From assembly GCF_009914755.1 (NCBI RefSeq), contig NC_060928.1: a stretch of DNA of 64,000 bases, one strand, 5' to 3'. Every line of letters starts with the position of its first letter. Within the stretch, counting starts at the first letter, position 1. Made by a program: the position numbers and the translations under genes. A model generated the notes under the pieces. That model worked only from the letters and a program-made list of their open reading frames with translations. It made no database searches and was not told where the DNA came from. Positions 12,408-28,090 of the stretch are shown piece by piece. The DNA is from the human T2T-CHM13v2.0 reference genome, Homo sapiens.

Positions 12408-14669
12408 ATTATCTAATTTGTTGGTGTGATATCATTATTAATAAACCCTAGTAATGTCCCTACTTTCTGATTTTATTTTTTGAATTTTCTCTCTTTTTCT
12501 GAGGTAGTCTAACTAAAGATTTGTCAATTCTGCAGATATTTTCTAAGAACCCACCTTTGGTCTTGTTGATGACATTTTCTTTTATTCTACATTTCATTTA
12601 CCTCTGCTCTAATCTTTATTATTTCATTTCTTCTACTGTCTTTGGGTTTAGTTTGTCCTTATGTTTTTATTCCTTTAGAGTGTTATTTGAGATCTTCCAT
12701 ATTTTTTAATGTAGGCATTTATAGCTACAAATTTTCCTTTGAGCTTTGACTTCACTGCATCTCGTAAGTTTTGGTATGGTGTGTTTTCATTTTAATTTCC
12801 CTCAAGGTATCTTATAATTTCCCATGTGATTTATTATTTAATCCATTTGTTGTTTAAGAGTGTGTTGTCTGATTTCCACATATTGGTAAAATTTCCAGTT
12901 TTCATTCTACAGTTATTTCTAGCTTTATTCCAGTGTGTTGAGAGAAGAGGCTTTGTATTATTTCAACCTTCTAAAATTTATTGAGAATTCCTTATAGCCT
13001 AATATCAGTTCTATTCTAACAAATGTTTCATGGTTCATTTGAGAGGAATGTGTAATTGCTGTTTTTGCGTTGTAATTATTCTTCTTTCACTGTCTATTCT
13101 GTGTTTTCTTGTTTCCCAATTTTACTATTCCAAGATTATCTTTTTGTAGTTGTGCTCATCTTTTTATTAATGTTCTTTGTTTACATTTCCTATGTGTTCT
13201 TTTAAAACTCTTAACATATATTTTTCTTACAGAGACAATCTTTACAGTTCTGTATATGCATGGGTGTATGTGGGCTTTGTTTTGTTTTATTGTACTCACA
13301 ATAGTGGAAATGCATTTGATGATGCTTAGAATTGAACTTGTTCTAATTTTTTGATATCGTTCATTTAGAGAGTTTAATTTGGAGAGATTGTCCATTGCTA
13401 TAGATCACTTTATTGTTCCTCCACCCACTTATCCGTTATTTATTTATCATATATTTTATAGCACTTAGAATGTCCCAGGCTCTATGTTAATAACTGTGTG
13501 TAGAAACTGTCAGTCTGAAGAATGAGAAATGCATGTATGAAAAATTACCATAATGAAATTTAATTTGTGCCATGATATAGGCATTTATAAAACATCATAA
13601 GAGAACAATGGAAGGGGAGCTTTTTTAGAAATGTTTAGGGCACTAACAGGTGAAGATATTAGTGTATTAATATATTGTATGTGACTCACATTGAAAACTG
13701 TGTAGCAACTAAAATTGTAGACCATTATTATCTTGGAATTTTCTATAAAATTCTAGTATAATACCTAGGTTTAATTGCTAAATATAGTGAGGGCATATTA
13801 TGTCTTAAATGCACAGCTTTTAAAAGATCATATATTATACATATATTATATGATTATTAGAATCATATATTTATGATTATTAGAATTATATTCTATATAA
13901 TTCAATTTTGACTCATAAAAATATCACCTTTTTGTTCACTGAGCTTCAAATATTCTGTAATAAAATGGAATAAATAGATCATAAGCATATGTAATATTAG
14001 TACAAAGGAAACATGAATGACATTGTAATAACAAGCAAATGTTTATAACCCTAAGTTAAATTTGGTTTGGCAGACATATCCTAATTTAAAATTTTTATTC
14101 CTGAATTTTAAAAAAATTTATATAGGTGCGTACACTTTTTAAAAATTGCTCTTTTTACTATCCTCTTCATTCACTCCTCTTCTTACTCCTTTATTTCTGA
14201 TGCATGTTGTGTTTGTTTAGTTCTTTCTAAAATTTTCCCATCAAATGTGGTCTGCAAAACAGTTTATTATTAATCTTACACAACTTGGTTGCAATTTTAA
14301 CTCACTATAGTATCTTGAGGTTATTTACCATTTGAATCATGTTTATAGTTAGTGGCATAGTCTCTAAGCAAACTTGTTCCTCCAATAGTGTAATAATAAA
14401 AAGCATATTTCCAAGATTGAAAAAAAAATGTGTTTGTTAAACAGCCAGACAAAAATTTGGAAAGAGGAAAGTACCAACAAAGTCTGCTTTGCGTTGCTTA
14501 TTACATGTTGGAGAATTGGGTTTCTTTCTTTTTTTTTTTTTGTCTACCCAACCACATTACAAGTATTTTCTTTAGGTACCTGTTCATCTGAAATTCTTCC
14601 CTCTTCTATAGATATGTTCAATTTCCTTACTCTTTCTTGATCCCTCCCCCTTAAAGGACAGTCATGACA

Positions 14670-14870
14670 GCAGTATATGTAGTTTAATGAACTTAAGCCT
14701 TGGAGTAAAGCTCTGCTTTAAGGTCTTAGACGAGATACCTAAAACTGTAGAGTCTCGTTTCTTTCCTCCTTAGAAAAGAGATATTACAATCTACTTCATT
14801 GGAAAAATAATAAGTAAAGAAGTATGCAACATGAATAGCATGTGGCTTATTATAAAGTAGTTCCCCATGT
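14670..14870 (+). mobile_element. MIR fragment
   Basis: Degenerate MIR core; boundaries approximate. Confidence 0.5.
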
Positions 14871-15039
14871 TGTTCAAATTTTCATGTTAATAATTATGTA
14901 TTAATAATAGTAATAATGATAACAATGACTCACCTTTCTTTATAGCTGTCTTAATCTTTTTCTTCCAAATTTATTATATGCTCAGCTTTTTTCCTTTCTC
15001 ATTTCTTATTTCCATTTCAATCCTATTTCACTCCAAAGC

Positions 15040-16748
15040 AACTTTACTAATTTAATTCCTGACCATCAGTAACCTTCTACTAGTCAAATTCATTCAATGC
15101 ATTTTAGACTTATTGGTATACATTTGATATCATATATTCAGTATGGATCTGTGTGTGTGTGCGCGCGCGTTTTGAGATGTTGAAATTAACATCTTTTCCT
15201 TTTAGAAAATTGTCATCCCCTGGTTTCCTTCCTTATTTTCTGGTCATTCCAATTAGTTCCTTTTTATTCTGCAATTTTAGGATTTTTAAAGATTCTGTCC
15301 TCTAATCTCATATTCACCCACCTAATTTTTCTTGGAGACAAGTTCTAGACTTATAAGTTCTATCATCTTGTCACTTACGATTGTCATATTTATCAATAGT
15401 TTCTTCTATTCATCTGTGTTCCAGATACTTATTTCTATTGTCTACTGAACATCAAATTGATACTATAAGGAACATCAAAATACACATAACTCAAACTACA
15501 ATCAGTTTTCCTATTTGCCCTCTGTCTTCATTTTTTATTTTATTAATAGCAACACTATCCACTTAAATTATCCAAGAAAAATTCTACATGTTAGCCTAAA
15601 TTATTCTTTTTTCTATAATTGTTATATATGTTCACCAAATCCATTGATACCCTCCCTCAAACATCTTTTGATCCTTTTCTTTCTTCCTTTTTATACTGTC
15701 TTCTTTTAAAATAGCCTAATAATTTCTCATGTGAACTATTTTAGTAGCCTCTTAACTTTTCCCCTACCTCTTGTAATTTATATTTTTCAATTCATCCTCT
15801 GCAAATATGTCATATCTTTCTAGAATACAAGTAGGATCAGATTAATAATAAGAATAATAGCTTTAGTTACGCAAGATAAATTAGATCTGGAGATCTACTA
15901 TATAGCATGTGACTATAGCTAACAATGTATTGTCTTCTTAAAATTTGCAGTGAGGGTAGATCTTATGTTAAGTATCCTTACCCTCCCTCCCTTCACTCAA
16001 CTCAATAATAATAAAGAAGGTGGGAAAAAATTTGAGGAGGTAGTGAATACATCTATACCTTTGATGGTGGTGATAGTTTCACAGATGTATTCTATTCCCC
16101 AAATTCAAAGAGTTGTATACATTAAATATGTACAGATTTTTACATGTCAATCAACCTCAACAAAATGGTTTTGAAAAAGAACGGCTAACAATTATATACC
16201 ATGTATTAAATGCTAGGCATTGTTCTGACAGCTTTAGACATGTTATGGTCCAAAACACCATAGTGACTTGCTATAACCCGTTAAGATAAAAGTACATTTT
16301 ATTACGATGACCTATAAGGCCCTTCTCATCTAGGCCTCAAACTATTTTCTATCTATGTCTCCACTGCCACTGAAACAGCTCCCTTTCAATGAACATGCCA
16401 TTGTCTTTCATCCCTTAATGTCACTGCACAATCTATTCTTTTGAGCTAGGATTCTTGCCCCATCTCATCTGCCTGGGAAAGTCCTACTCATCTTCCAAGT
16501 CTCAGCTCAAATGGTAACTCAGCCACTTACTCAGCTCTAGGAAGGATCCATGCTGTTGTTTTCTATAACTTGTCTACGCCTCTTTTACAAGACCTTTACC
16601 TTATTACCCTTCCTGGTTATATGGTGCCATCCACTATACCAAGTAATTGAATTCACTGACTATATTTTACCATATTTGCATCTCTAGGGCCTGGTACAGT
16701 ATCTAACAAAATAAGTCCTCAATAAAACTTTCTTAAATGAATGAGTGG
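15040..16748 (+). mobile_element. L2 remnant, interrupted by an L1MA/MB 3' end
   Basis: Ends in the L2 tail ...ctcaataaaac...tgaatgagtg; 5' boundary approximate. Confidence 0.6.
15860..16180 (+). mobile_element. L1MA/L1MB 3' end
   Basis: gagatctactatatagcatgtgactatagctaacaat...gagggtagatctta...caacctcaacaaaa. Confidence 0.75.
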
Positions 16749-16924
16749 ACCAAACACAAAAAGGTAATCTACTTTGTTACAAAACGTGCTTGGCCCAATT
16801 CATATATCTATATATCCAAAAAGCAGTAACCAAATTCCTCTGCATAGTTTCAATCAAGAAAATGAAGTTTGTTATTAAATAAACTCATGGAATGAATAAT
16901 ATACCACTCCTTTTCATTTTATTC

Positions 16925-17209
16925 TTTTTTTTTTTTTGAGACATAGTCTTTCTCTGTCACTCAGGCTGGAGTGCAACGGCATGATCATAGCTCACGATAG
17001 CCTCAATCTCCCACGTTCAAGCGATCCTCCTGCCTCAGCCTCCCAAGTAGTGGCAACTATAGGTGTGCCACCAAGCTTGGCTAATTATTTTTAGAGAGAC
17101 AGGGTCTTGCTATATTGCCCAGACTGGTCTCCAACTCCTGGTCTCAAGAGATCCTCCCTTCTTGGCCTCCAACGTGCTAGGACTACAGGCATGAGGCATT
17201 GCACTAACC
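16925..17209 (-). mobile_element. AluJ
   Basis: Poly-T followed by a diverged dimeric Alu with J diagnostics (atcatagctcac, ctcaagcgatcctcc). Confidence 0.92.
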
Positions 17210-18054
17210 TCTCTCTCTCATTTAAAGTACTAATATCTTTAATAATCTCAAAACAAAACCAAAATAAACATATAAAGTCTAGCTATATGGAATTCCATTA
17301 CTCTAAATTTAAAAATTCCCCTCCCTAGTTTTATTCAAGAAAATCAAACACTCTAGTAAAAGTGAATGAGGTCTCTCTTCCTCCCTCCCTTTCTACCTGT
17401 TTCTAACTTAAAGTTTTAAGATCATCACTCTTCATCTAAAAACAACAGAAAAATATAGAAAGCCTAGAAATATGGTAGTGAGACTATAAATTAAAACTTC
17501 TAAGAAAATTCTCCTTATAGGGGGCTCCAAAATGCTATTCTAGGGAAAATACATTTTGAATAATCCCCTCCCGTCTTTCTTACCATACCTTTTTCCACCT
17601 GTTCTTCTCCTGGCTTATATGTGCCAAGCTGCTCACATGTAAATATGATGGGCTACTGCACTTCTCCTGCTTTGCTCAAACTGCTCTCTCTGCCTAGAGA
17701 ACCCTCTTTCTTGTTCTTCTTGGGAGGTACCTATTCACTAGCATTTGGTTCACAGCCATCTCCTCCTAAAGACTTTTATAAACTTTCCCCCAACTTTCTT
17801 CCTTCAGCCCCTATTTTACCTTGTGCTGACTTTTGTAATGGTGACTAGAACACATCATTGTATTTCTTGGCCTATAAATCTGTCTAAATGCCTCTTTAAG
17901 GCAGGCCCCATGCCTTATTTATTTCTGTATCCTTAGTGCTTATTGAAAATACATAGTAGGTGTTTGATCATAGCAACAATAAAGAGCTATCATTTTTTGA
18001 GCAAAAAAAAAAAAGAAAATTCACCTTATGTAAATATAGTACAGACAAATGTTG

Positions 18055-18290
18055 AACAGCAGTATGATTTAACAGAAAGAAGACTAAGTGTGTTTTAAGA
18101 ATATTTGAGTACTTTTCTTTCCTTATATCCCTTATTAACAGTGTAGCACTATGTTACCACTCTGAGCCTACTTCTTCACCTATAAGGCAAAAACAATACT
18201 CCCCGCCCCACCTACTACAAATAATTAGTTTGAGGATCAAGAGAGATAATGTTTTTGAAAGTATGCTATGAAACATAATGTGCTGTACTG
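18055..18290 (+). mobile_element. MIR, about 20 bp from the exon 8 donor
   Basis: accactctgagcc...cacctataa...gaggatcaagagagataatg core. Confidence 0.6.
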
Positions 18291-18305
18291 CAAAGTGTGT
18301 ATTCA

Positions 18306-18476
<171 letters not shown>

Positions 18477-18689
18477 TTAAGAAGCTCAAGGAGTAATAGT
18501 CAATACTTTGAACATTTAGGAAATAGAAGGGATCAGAGGTAGAACAAAAACTGATTTTTTAAAAAACAATATATCACATACATGTCAGGAAATTTATATC
18601 ACTTTTAAAAGCCTCCTTAGCATAGCATGAGTGTTTAGAAGAAAATTTTAGTATCAAGAAACTTGCAGCTCACGTCCCATGATATTGTA

Positions 18690-18933
18690 CAGATTAAGTA
18701 CCTCTTATGTAAAATACGTGGAACTAGAAGTGTTTCAGGGTTTGGATTTTTCAGATTTTGGAAAATTTACATTATTACAAATTGAGCATCCCTAATCAAA
18801 ATATATAAAATCTAACATGCTCTAATGAGCATCTCCTTTGAGCATCATGTCAGCACTCAAAAAGGTTTTTTTGTTTTTTTTTAATTTGGAGCATTTTGGA
18901 TTTTAGATTTTCAAATTAGAGATGTTCAATTTG
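18690..18933. mobile_element. Tigger4a/MER46-type MITE (TcMar-Tigger)
   Basis: Degenerate TIRs, TA TSDs at 18688-18689 and 18934-18935, and internal gagcatccctaatc...atgagcatctcctttgagcatcatgtcagcactcaaaaa. Confidence 0.85.
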
Positions 18934-19498
18934 TATTTGTTTTCCTCTCTAAGTCATGCTTATTGACCAAAGGAATTCAGAATTCATAAATGCTCTCTGC
19001 CAACAGTTTATTTTACTTGGTTAGGCCCTTCATTCCCACTGGTATAAACCTCGTCTCTGTTTTTGATTGTTCTAACTCAGTGCTCTCTGGCTCCAAAAGT
19101 ATTGATGTCTGGCCACATCTACAAGACTGATCTTCTGGCCCACATTTTCCCACTTTTAACCCTGTTGCCAATTCTGAATTTCTCACTGTTATATGTCTGT
19201 GCTAATTTGCTTCAGTCACTTCTATCTAATCCTCATATCTACCTTCCTTTCTGCTCCCTGGGTTTTAATTATTGCCAAAATGTAAGATAATTAGTCCACA
19301 CAGCTGGGTTTTTTTGTTTTTGTTTTTTTGTCTTTTAATATTTATTTATTTATTATTTTTTAAAGGAAGGCGGCCTTCAGAGAGGGAATCAGCTTTCCAC
19401 ACAGGCCTGTAGTAATTATCAACATCAAAAGTTGAATAGTCATAAATTATCTAGAATAGGGGTGAAAAAATAGAAAACTAAAGAAATTATCACTTGTT

Positions 19499-19804
<306 letters not shown>

Positions 19805-19876
19805 TCAGAAGGTAAAAATTAAAATTTACTACTCTGAGAAGACACATATGTTGCAAATACATAGTGCATTTTAGGC

Positions 19877-20330
19877 CAGTGTTTCTCAAACTTCAATGCA
19901 ACTATTAATCTTTGAATCTTGTTAAAATGTAGATTCTGATTTAATAAGGAGTGGGGCCTAAGATTCCAAATGTCTAAAAAGCTGGAAACCATCATTCTCA
20001 GCAAACTATCGCAAGGACAAAAAACCAAACACCACATGTTCTCACTCATAGGTGGGAATTGAACAATGAGAACACATGGACACAGGAAGGGGAACATCAC
20101 ACACTGGGGCCTGTTGTGGGGTGGGGGGAGGGGGGAGGGATAGCATTAGGAGATATATCTAATATTAAATGACGAGTTGATGTGTGCAGCACACCAACAT
20201 GGCACATGTATACATATGTAACTAACCTGCACATTGTGCACATGTACCCTAAAACTTAAAGTATAATTAAAAAAAAAAAAAAACAAGCTCCCAAGCACAG
20301 CCTATGCTGCTAGTTCTTGGACCTCAAGAG
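19877..20330. mobile_element. MER5A-like hAT relic split by an L1PA insertion
   Basis: cagtgtttctcaaactt...cttgttaaaatgtagattctg...ctaa [L1] acaagctccc...gctgctagttcttggacc. Confidence 0.7.
19980..20283 (+). mobile_element. L1PA4/5-like 3' fragment
   Basis: Consensus L1 3'UTR with poly-A, flanked by aa(a/c)aagct. Confidence 0.9.
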
Positions 20331-20420
20331 CAAAAGATTTTAAGCAATCTGACACACTTCCAAGTCCTTTAACCTATTAATATTCTTAGGCACCAGCTTT
20401 TTTAAAGACTAATTTTACTA

Positions 20421-20576
<156 letters not shown>

Positions 20577-23500
20577 TCAGAAAAAATATTTTAAGCATTT
20601 TAGTAAGAACCATCAATCTAGTGCTACACGAACGGTTGTGTATTTCATACAATCACTATATACTTTCAATATTAATAGTTAAACATCACATTTAGGGCAA
20701 AAATGTCTCATTTGAATTTACTTCAATATGAGAGTTATGAAGTAGACCAAAAGAGATGATCATGACCATGACAGTATATTCATTGCAACCACTTTGAAAG
20801 GTGAAGAGCAAATTTCTTGTTAGAGTCTGTTATAATCACTGGGCCCTTAGATGATTATAACATCTCCTTTAGGCCAAAGGTAGCATATGAAGACACTGTG
20901 GTAAAATAAGCTGTTTAGCTTATTTATAAATAGCAATCACTCATAAGTTAAAAATCAAAATTCAAAATTATATTAATTTTTGGACATAAATGTAGCCTAG
21001 TTAAGAGTTAAATGAGTTAGCTATCATAATACAATGCATTTCATTAGAATAAAAAGTAATTATTATAGAACATATAAGATAAATAATAACGCTATACTTG
21101 CATCAAGTTGCAAATCCTTTTAAAATCATGCTCGTTTTTACATGAATCAATGCACACAGATATCACTAGCCTACACATTCATAGCATCCCAGTTAAACTA
21201 TGGATTGGCAGGAAGAGGAAAAACTGCAACCAGATCAGACATAACTTCCTGACTTATTGGCCAAGGATGCAGAAATTAGCAGAAGTAAGATGACTTCAGA
21301 GATGGCATGCAGGCAACATATCTGGTCTTAGCCTTTCTCTGACAGTGGCATTTTCTTACATCTCTATGCCCCACTGGGGAACAGATAACCTCTCCATGCA
21401 GGCAGAGTCCCTCCACAGTTGAGTAACAGGTAATTCTTTCTATACTACTGACCTTCTGAAGAACTTCTACGCACTTTTACTCATGAGAATGTTTAGAGAT
21501 GTCGTTACCCCTAGTTCTTGAGCAAAACTCAGCATCACAGTCACGTTATCAATTAAGGGAGAGAAAGGGCCAGTTGTCTCTGGCAACAGTTCTACCTCCA
21601 GCTCTCTAGGACACTGGAAATCTCATTCTCTGCAATCTATAACTTTCCTAGCTTTAATAGCACCATACTGTGGTGACTCTGGTTCTGAAATTGATCTAAA
21701 GTCTGTGATCGCAAATCAATTTCCACTCAACCATCAGTAACAATAGAGTAAATGATTATGAGTTTGTGTTTTCTAATGACATACCTGGCATTGTCTAACG
21801 GCAATGTTGTCTGGTTTTCTGAATGTTGCTACTAAATGTTAGTATCAGTGAAACACCATTATCACTACATATATAGTCACCTACATTCACAATTAAATTA
21901 CATTATGTGAAGCAATTTTTGAAATAGGATTCTAAAAATGTATATGTATATTTATATATATGTATATACTTTTAATAGAGAAATGTCCATATGATTTGAT
22001 ATGAATGAATTTTAATTATTCTAAGGTTTAGTTTTCTAATTAAGTAATTTCAATTCATTAACCATTAATGATTGATTACACCGAGAACATTAAACAACAA
22101 CACTACTAATGTGAATAACTAGGAACTCATTTGTAGATCAAGTAGCTTGTTTTGTTTCCCCCATGAATACATATTCTGGCGCTCTCTTCAATAAAATTTC
22201 AAATGGCACAGAATTTAACAAAAAGATACATCAAATGATCTACTTTACGTTGGAAGGGCCTCACAATACTCTGTAGTCGTCAATAAATTATGAAGTTTTT
22301 TTTTTTTTAGCGGAACGACATCACTTTTGAATTATAATGTTTCTTTTAAACATAAATAAGAAAAAATGAAACCCTATAAAAGAGATGACATTTTTAAGGC
22401 ACTAATGAGATACTGATAGGCAGTGACTCTGTCTGATTCATGCCTGTACTTCCAGGACCTGCTACAGTGCCTGATACACAGAAGAAAAAGTCTCAATTCA
22501 CTCTTACTAGATTAATATATTAAGTCATAATATTTGAACTATGTTCTTTACTGCTATGGAAGATGGAAATCTAGAGAAAAGCTCAAGAGTTTATTAAAGG
22601 AAGTGACTGATTCTTCACATGTCTTTTGAAAAAGCAGTTACTGCACTTCATTATTTAGATAAGAATATAGTTTTGAGATTTTGTGTCTGGTGAAAATAAT
22701 GCAGCAGAAATTTATGCAAAGCAGATTAAAGCCTCTCCCGAAGAGGGGGAGTTATATACATTAACACACATATAAGCCGAGAGGTCATAATAATGTTTCT
22801 CAATAAAGTATCAAAGGAGAGAAAGTTTTACAAAATTCATTATAAATTCCACTTGTAAATTAAGCTGCCATTAAATAATCTTGTTTGTGTTAATTAACCC
22901 ATTTTTGAGTCCTATGTTGCATTAAGCAGATGTATACCAACTGATTCTTAATATTTGGTTACCAGGAAAAATACTTCAAAATTATTTTTAGCTGTCAATT
23001 TTTAATCTGAAAGACAATTTACAGCTTCTTTTGGATTAATGAATAGAATATCCCTAGACTTTCATTCAGAAATTCTAAAATCAAGTTAAACAACAAGGAA
23101 AAATTTAAAGGTATGCGGCAATAGGAATAAAACAAAACAAGACTGAATTTAAAATTGTAAGCACACAGAAAAAAAATGCTTCTTTTGATTGAGGACACTG
23201 ACGAAGTTCCTGAAATACAATCCTTTTGTGGAGTGGGGGTAGGGAAGAAGAGGGCTTTCAAGTAAGGAAGGAATAAATGAGTAGAAGAAAAAGTCACAGC
23301 TGTTTCTGCCAAACTTTGTTATGCCAACATTGTCAGCTATGGCTTGGCTTGTATATTACTCCACACTGGTGTCCATACTTTTAATACTTATGCATCAAGC
23401 ACCTACTACAGGCAAAGACAATAAAATAACATAAAAATTGTTTATTCAGAGTGTCAGAAAATAAATGTGAAGAAAACAAAATTAGTGCTAATTACTTAAA

Positions 23501-25024
23501 CAAAAAATGCCTAGCAGCAAACTTTATTTGTTGCTCATAGCTCCTTCTGGGTACAGAAAACTATATGCTCAAGCATGCGATATTTCTGCACTCTGTAGAT
23601 GCAGTATAAGAGATTTTTAAATTTCATTTAAATATTTTCAAGTGTGCTTATTTCATTTTCAGAATCGAGACATCCATCACATCATTTATATTTGATGCCT
23701 TAATGACAATACCTTGTCAACTGAAAAAAAAAAGTCCTTTTTACAACATGATTACATCTTGAATTAATCTTTTCTTTGGTATCAAGGCTTTTCAATTTTT
23801 TCTATAATGCCTCTTATGTAATGGAAATAAGTCCTTCTCTGCTGCATCTGCTGTGGTTTTCTCAGCATCATGTTTACATTGTATAACATGATTGACTATC
23901 TTAAATAATGTTGGAAGAAATGCCAATACTGAAGTTATGGTTTCCATGACAATAAAAGAAGCCTTTGTAGTTAAATAAAGAGAAGATTCTCAAAGAAAAT
24001 TGAGACCTGACACCTTTTGCAAGAACAAACAAGATTGCAGTTCTTGTACCACAAAAGTATGATCATCAAAATAATTAGAGGGTTTTGCATTCATATGAGC
24101 CACCATTCTTCCGTTTTCTTTTGCTTGATACAGTTTGTGAGGAGAAGGCATACTATTCAGCAATACATAGTTTTAATCAGGTGAGAGTACTGTATTTCTA
24201 TTCAACAGAGAAGAAAAAGTCAAAAGCTATTCAGAAGGGACAAAGATGAGGGTGCCAAAAAGAGCACAGTCTCTAAAAAGGCCAGGCAATAGGACACCCT
24301 CACACAAGAGGGAGGCTGCTCAGCTGTGTTCGTGGATTTATGCTGAACCTACCCAGAATGTCATGTGGGCCTAGGGAGATGATTTGACCTTCCTCCTTTT
24401 CAATTATTCTGGAAGAATGAATGCTTCTGCTTGACATACAAGATATAACCCTTCTGACCTAAAGAAGAGCCAACTGCACAGACCCTTTTCTGAAATGTCC
24501 TATGTACATAGAAGGTGCCAGAATGTAGCAATGCAGCTACATTATCTCCTTTAATTTAAGAAATAAAAAAGAAATCCTTCCATTAGTTACAGTAGAAGAC
24601 AATGACACAGACTAAGCTTCTGTGCATGTCATTTGCAACAGGCTGATTGCCACTTTATAGAATCTATCCTTTCCAATTCATTCTTAGTTGATGAAAAAGA
24701 AACATTTGAGTTTTTAATATTCTAGCACTTGAAAAAGAAGGTAAATTACAGTCCTAACCTCCAAGGAACTCCTGGTCTAATTTTACACATGTACTAAAAC
24801 ACATAGTAGTAAAAATAAGTCATAATTGTTTAACACCATGATTAAATTATAATAATATTTGAGAGATGTTCCTTAAGGACAATTAGCATGGCTTTTACTT
24901 CCAAGTCTTATTGACAATTGTCAATCATCTCATAATTTGAGAAAAAAACTAGACAATTGAGCAGTGCTGCTGACTTTCCCTGATATTATTGACCCAAAAC
25001 ATGTAACTTCATCCCTGTACTTAC

Positions 25025-25107
25025 AGCTGCCAAATTTCAGAGGACATGAATGAGCATCCATTGGGAAATCCTCCAAGTGCATTGGGCATTCAGCTTGAAC
25101 TGTAAGC
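25025..25107 (-). CDS. GABRA2: GABA-A receptor alpha-2, Cys-loop exon (exon 6, 83 nt, phase 2->1)
   Basis: gacttttag|GCTT...AGCT|gtaagt. Encodes [27 protein letters not shown] with the C-x13-C loop. Confidence 0.99.
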
Positions 25108-26668
25108 CTAAAAGTCAAAATTTCACTATTTGTTTAAGTATATTGGTAAGTCAAGAAAAATCACTCGTCATTACTCTCAACAGACTCGATAGAGGTAGAG
25201 CATTAATCACAGCAGTAGGCTCATTCATATTTAAATAATCTTTTGTTCATTCATGTTTAGGTGATCCCTCGGAAGACATTGGCGTATACAAATTCTCAGT
25301 ATAACTGAAAATAATAATTAAAAATATACTTTAGCCATTTTAGTTTCTTAAGAAGTGAAGAAATTACATATGCATTTTAAATGGCTCCTTTCTCATTAAG
25401 CTCACTATTAACACTTGAAATCTTAAGGGCCAAAAAAAATCTCTATCATTAAAAGAATGCTATTGTCTCCATTACCTCATCAACAAACACAGAGCAAAAT
25501 TGATCAAAGGATTCAATATTAGTTCAGAGGAGCTCCCTTCAACATATGTGAATTGTGAATTGTTACTGTATACTGCATATATATTCACAGCTATACATAT
25601 AGTGCTAGATATAAATACATATACAGATGTATTTCCTAGAAATAACTTTATCAAGTTTAGATTGTTGGCTAAATTATAAACACAAATTACGAATGTTAAA
25701 TATATATTTTTCTGTATCTACATGATTACAACAAAGAGTAGTCATAGAAAATTTGATATAATGCAAACTTCCAATTATTCCATTTCATGTAAAGACAAAG
25801 TGGATATAGCAGGTACTAAATAAAATTTATAGAGAAATCTGTTATAATGAGCAAAGAAAATGTGACCACAATTTGTTATGGCTTAAATTCTAAGAAAATG
25901 TTTAAATAGAACCTTAGACAATATATTCCAAAATTATATATGTCCTGTGCCTGCATTTTATTTAAACCCTAAAGTTTTACTCATTGCCTTAGTTAATAGA
26001 AATGATCAATGTACAAAGTCAACAGGGGCATTGCATCTGAATATATTGCAAGATTCAAAGGGAGAGACAGAGGCAGAAAGACTAGCTAGCACTTCCATTT
26101 AGGCAATGAACATTTAGTAATGAGTCCTCAAGAAATTTTTTCTGTAAAGATCAGAAATACCATAGGACTGTATTGTTGTCCCTTCTTAAATAACTTTCAT
26201 AACCAAAATCTAACACTTATCTTATGAAATGACAATACATCAAATAACTGGAATACGTGTTTCTGTCTATATATAATGCTGATGTCAGATGTCTGTTTTA
26301 AATCTTTTATGAAACATTTTAACTTTAGATTCCACATAATCTTACTAGATTTGTTATTTTTTTCTTACATAATACAAGTAACTTATTTTACAAAATTAAT
26401 TCATGAATATGCTTAAGATGTAATAGGTTTTAGGATCAACAACTATTTATTCTGCAAGAAAATTTTATTACAGTTTAAATCATATAAACAATGCTATAGG
26501 ATACTTTTTGAGTTACAAAATGGCAATTTCATATGGTTCAATCTAGTACATGTTTATGGTATCCAATATACTTGTAAGCCTTATTAAATGAAGCTTTCTC
26601 TCTGAATTTAAATTAAAGTTATTTTTTCTTTGGAGTAACTTCATAGGGAAAATTAAGATATTAAATTA

Positions 26669-26972
26669 GGCTGAGCGTGGAGGCTCATGCCTGTAATCCC
26701 AGCACTTTGGGATGCCGAGGTGGGTGGATCACTTGAGGCCAGGAGTTCGGGGCCAGCCTGGCCAACATGGCGAAACACCGTCTCTACTAAAAATACAAAA
26801 ACTAGCCTGGCATGGTGGCACGTGCCTGTAGTATCAGCTACTTGGGAGGCTGAGACAGGAGAATCACTACAACCCAGGAAGCGGAGGTTGAAGTGAGTCG
26901 AGATTGCACCACTGCACTCCAGCCTGGGTGATAGAGCAAGTCTCCGCCTCAATAAATGAATAAATAAATAAA
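26669..26972 (+). mobile_element. Alu (S/J-age)
   Basis: Full dimer with (TAAA)n tail. Confidence 0.93.
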
Positions 26973-27264
26973 GTCTTACTTTGAAATAACAAAAATTTTG
27001 ATGGGATATCTGATAAGATATTAAAATTGTATGTTGATACAAGTAAAATTCAAATCATTATTAAAAATGTACTTAATAAAAATGTCATGTGAAGAATAAT
27101 GAAAAACATCAATTCATAATAATAAAAGCAATTCTTAACATTTAAAGAACTAAGATGAGACTCAAACTCAAAAATACTATTTTATATAGTTTTTTAAATC
27201 AAAGCATTTGCAAAGCATATTATTGGTACTTCAATAATCTGTTAGAAAACACTCAACTTTGTTA

Positions 27265-27648
<384 letters not shown>

Positions 27649-27970
27649 CTAATTAATTTAAACAGAGAGAGCTATATTGAAAGGAAAACATTTTTAATCA
27701 GAAAGATTACTCCTTTGGCTTATCAATACATGTTGCCACATACAATGGGATAAAGTACGTCTGTGTATACTATTAGCTATATATTCTTCTGAAAAGAAGA
27801 AGTAAATTCACTTTGGCCTCTTTTAGTTGAACAAGGTCTCAGTCAAACTGCTCCACTACATCCTGTAGTTTAGAGCTGCTTGGAGAGGGGATAAGCTTGA
27901 GCAGGGTCTGGTTGAATTATTTTAAGTAGCCTATTTCAAGAAAAAATGAGTAGGCAGCTTTCCCAGTAGC

Positions 27971-27973
27971 AAA

Positions 27974-28012
<39 letters not shown>

Positions 28013-28090
28013 AATTTTTAAAAATTAAAAAGAAAAAACATAACAGAAAAAATTAAAAAGAAAAATTAAAAAATTAAAAAGAAAAAAACA
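27971..28090. repeat. (TAAA)n microsatellite followed by A-rich aaaattaaaaagaaaa repeats
   Basis: Directly visible. Confidence 0.9.

Noticed and set aside
14928-14937. Strong isolated donor AAG|GTGAGT in intron 8
   Set aside because: No convincing acceptor within exon distance.
24910-24925. Perfect 16-bp palindrome ATTGACAATTGTCAAT (TGACA-NN-TGTCA) ~100 nt from exon 6
   Set aside because: About one such palindrome is expected by chance in 64 kb, and there is no independent support.
26653-27042. Alu-derived ORFs (also 4713-4961, 19537-19755, 50384-50647)
   Set aside because: Typical Alu translation artefacts.
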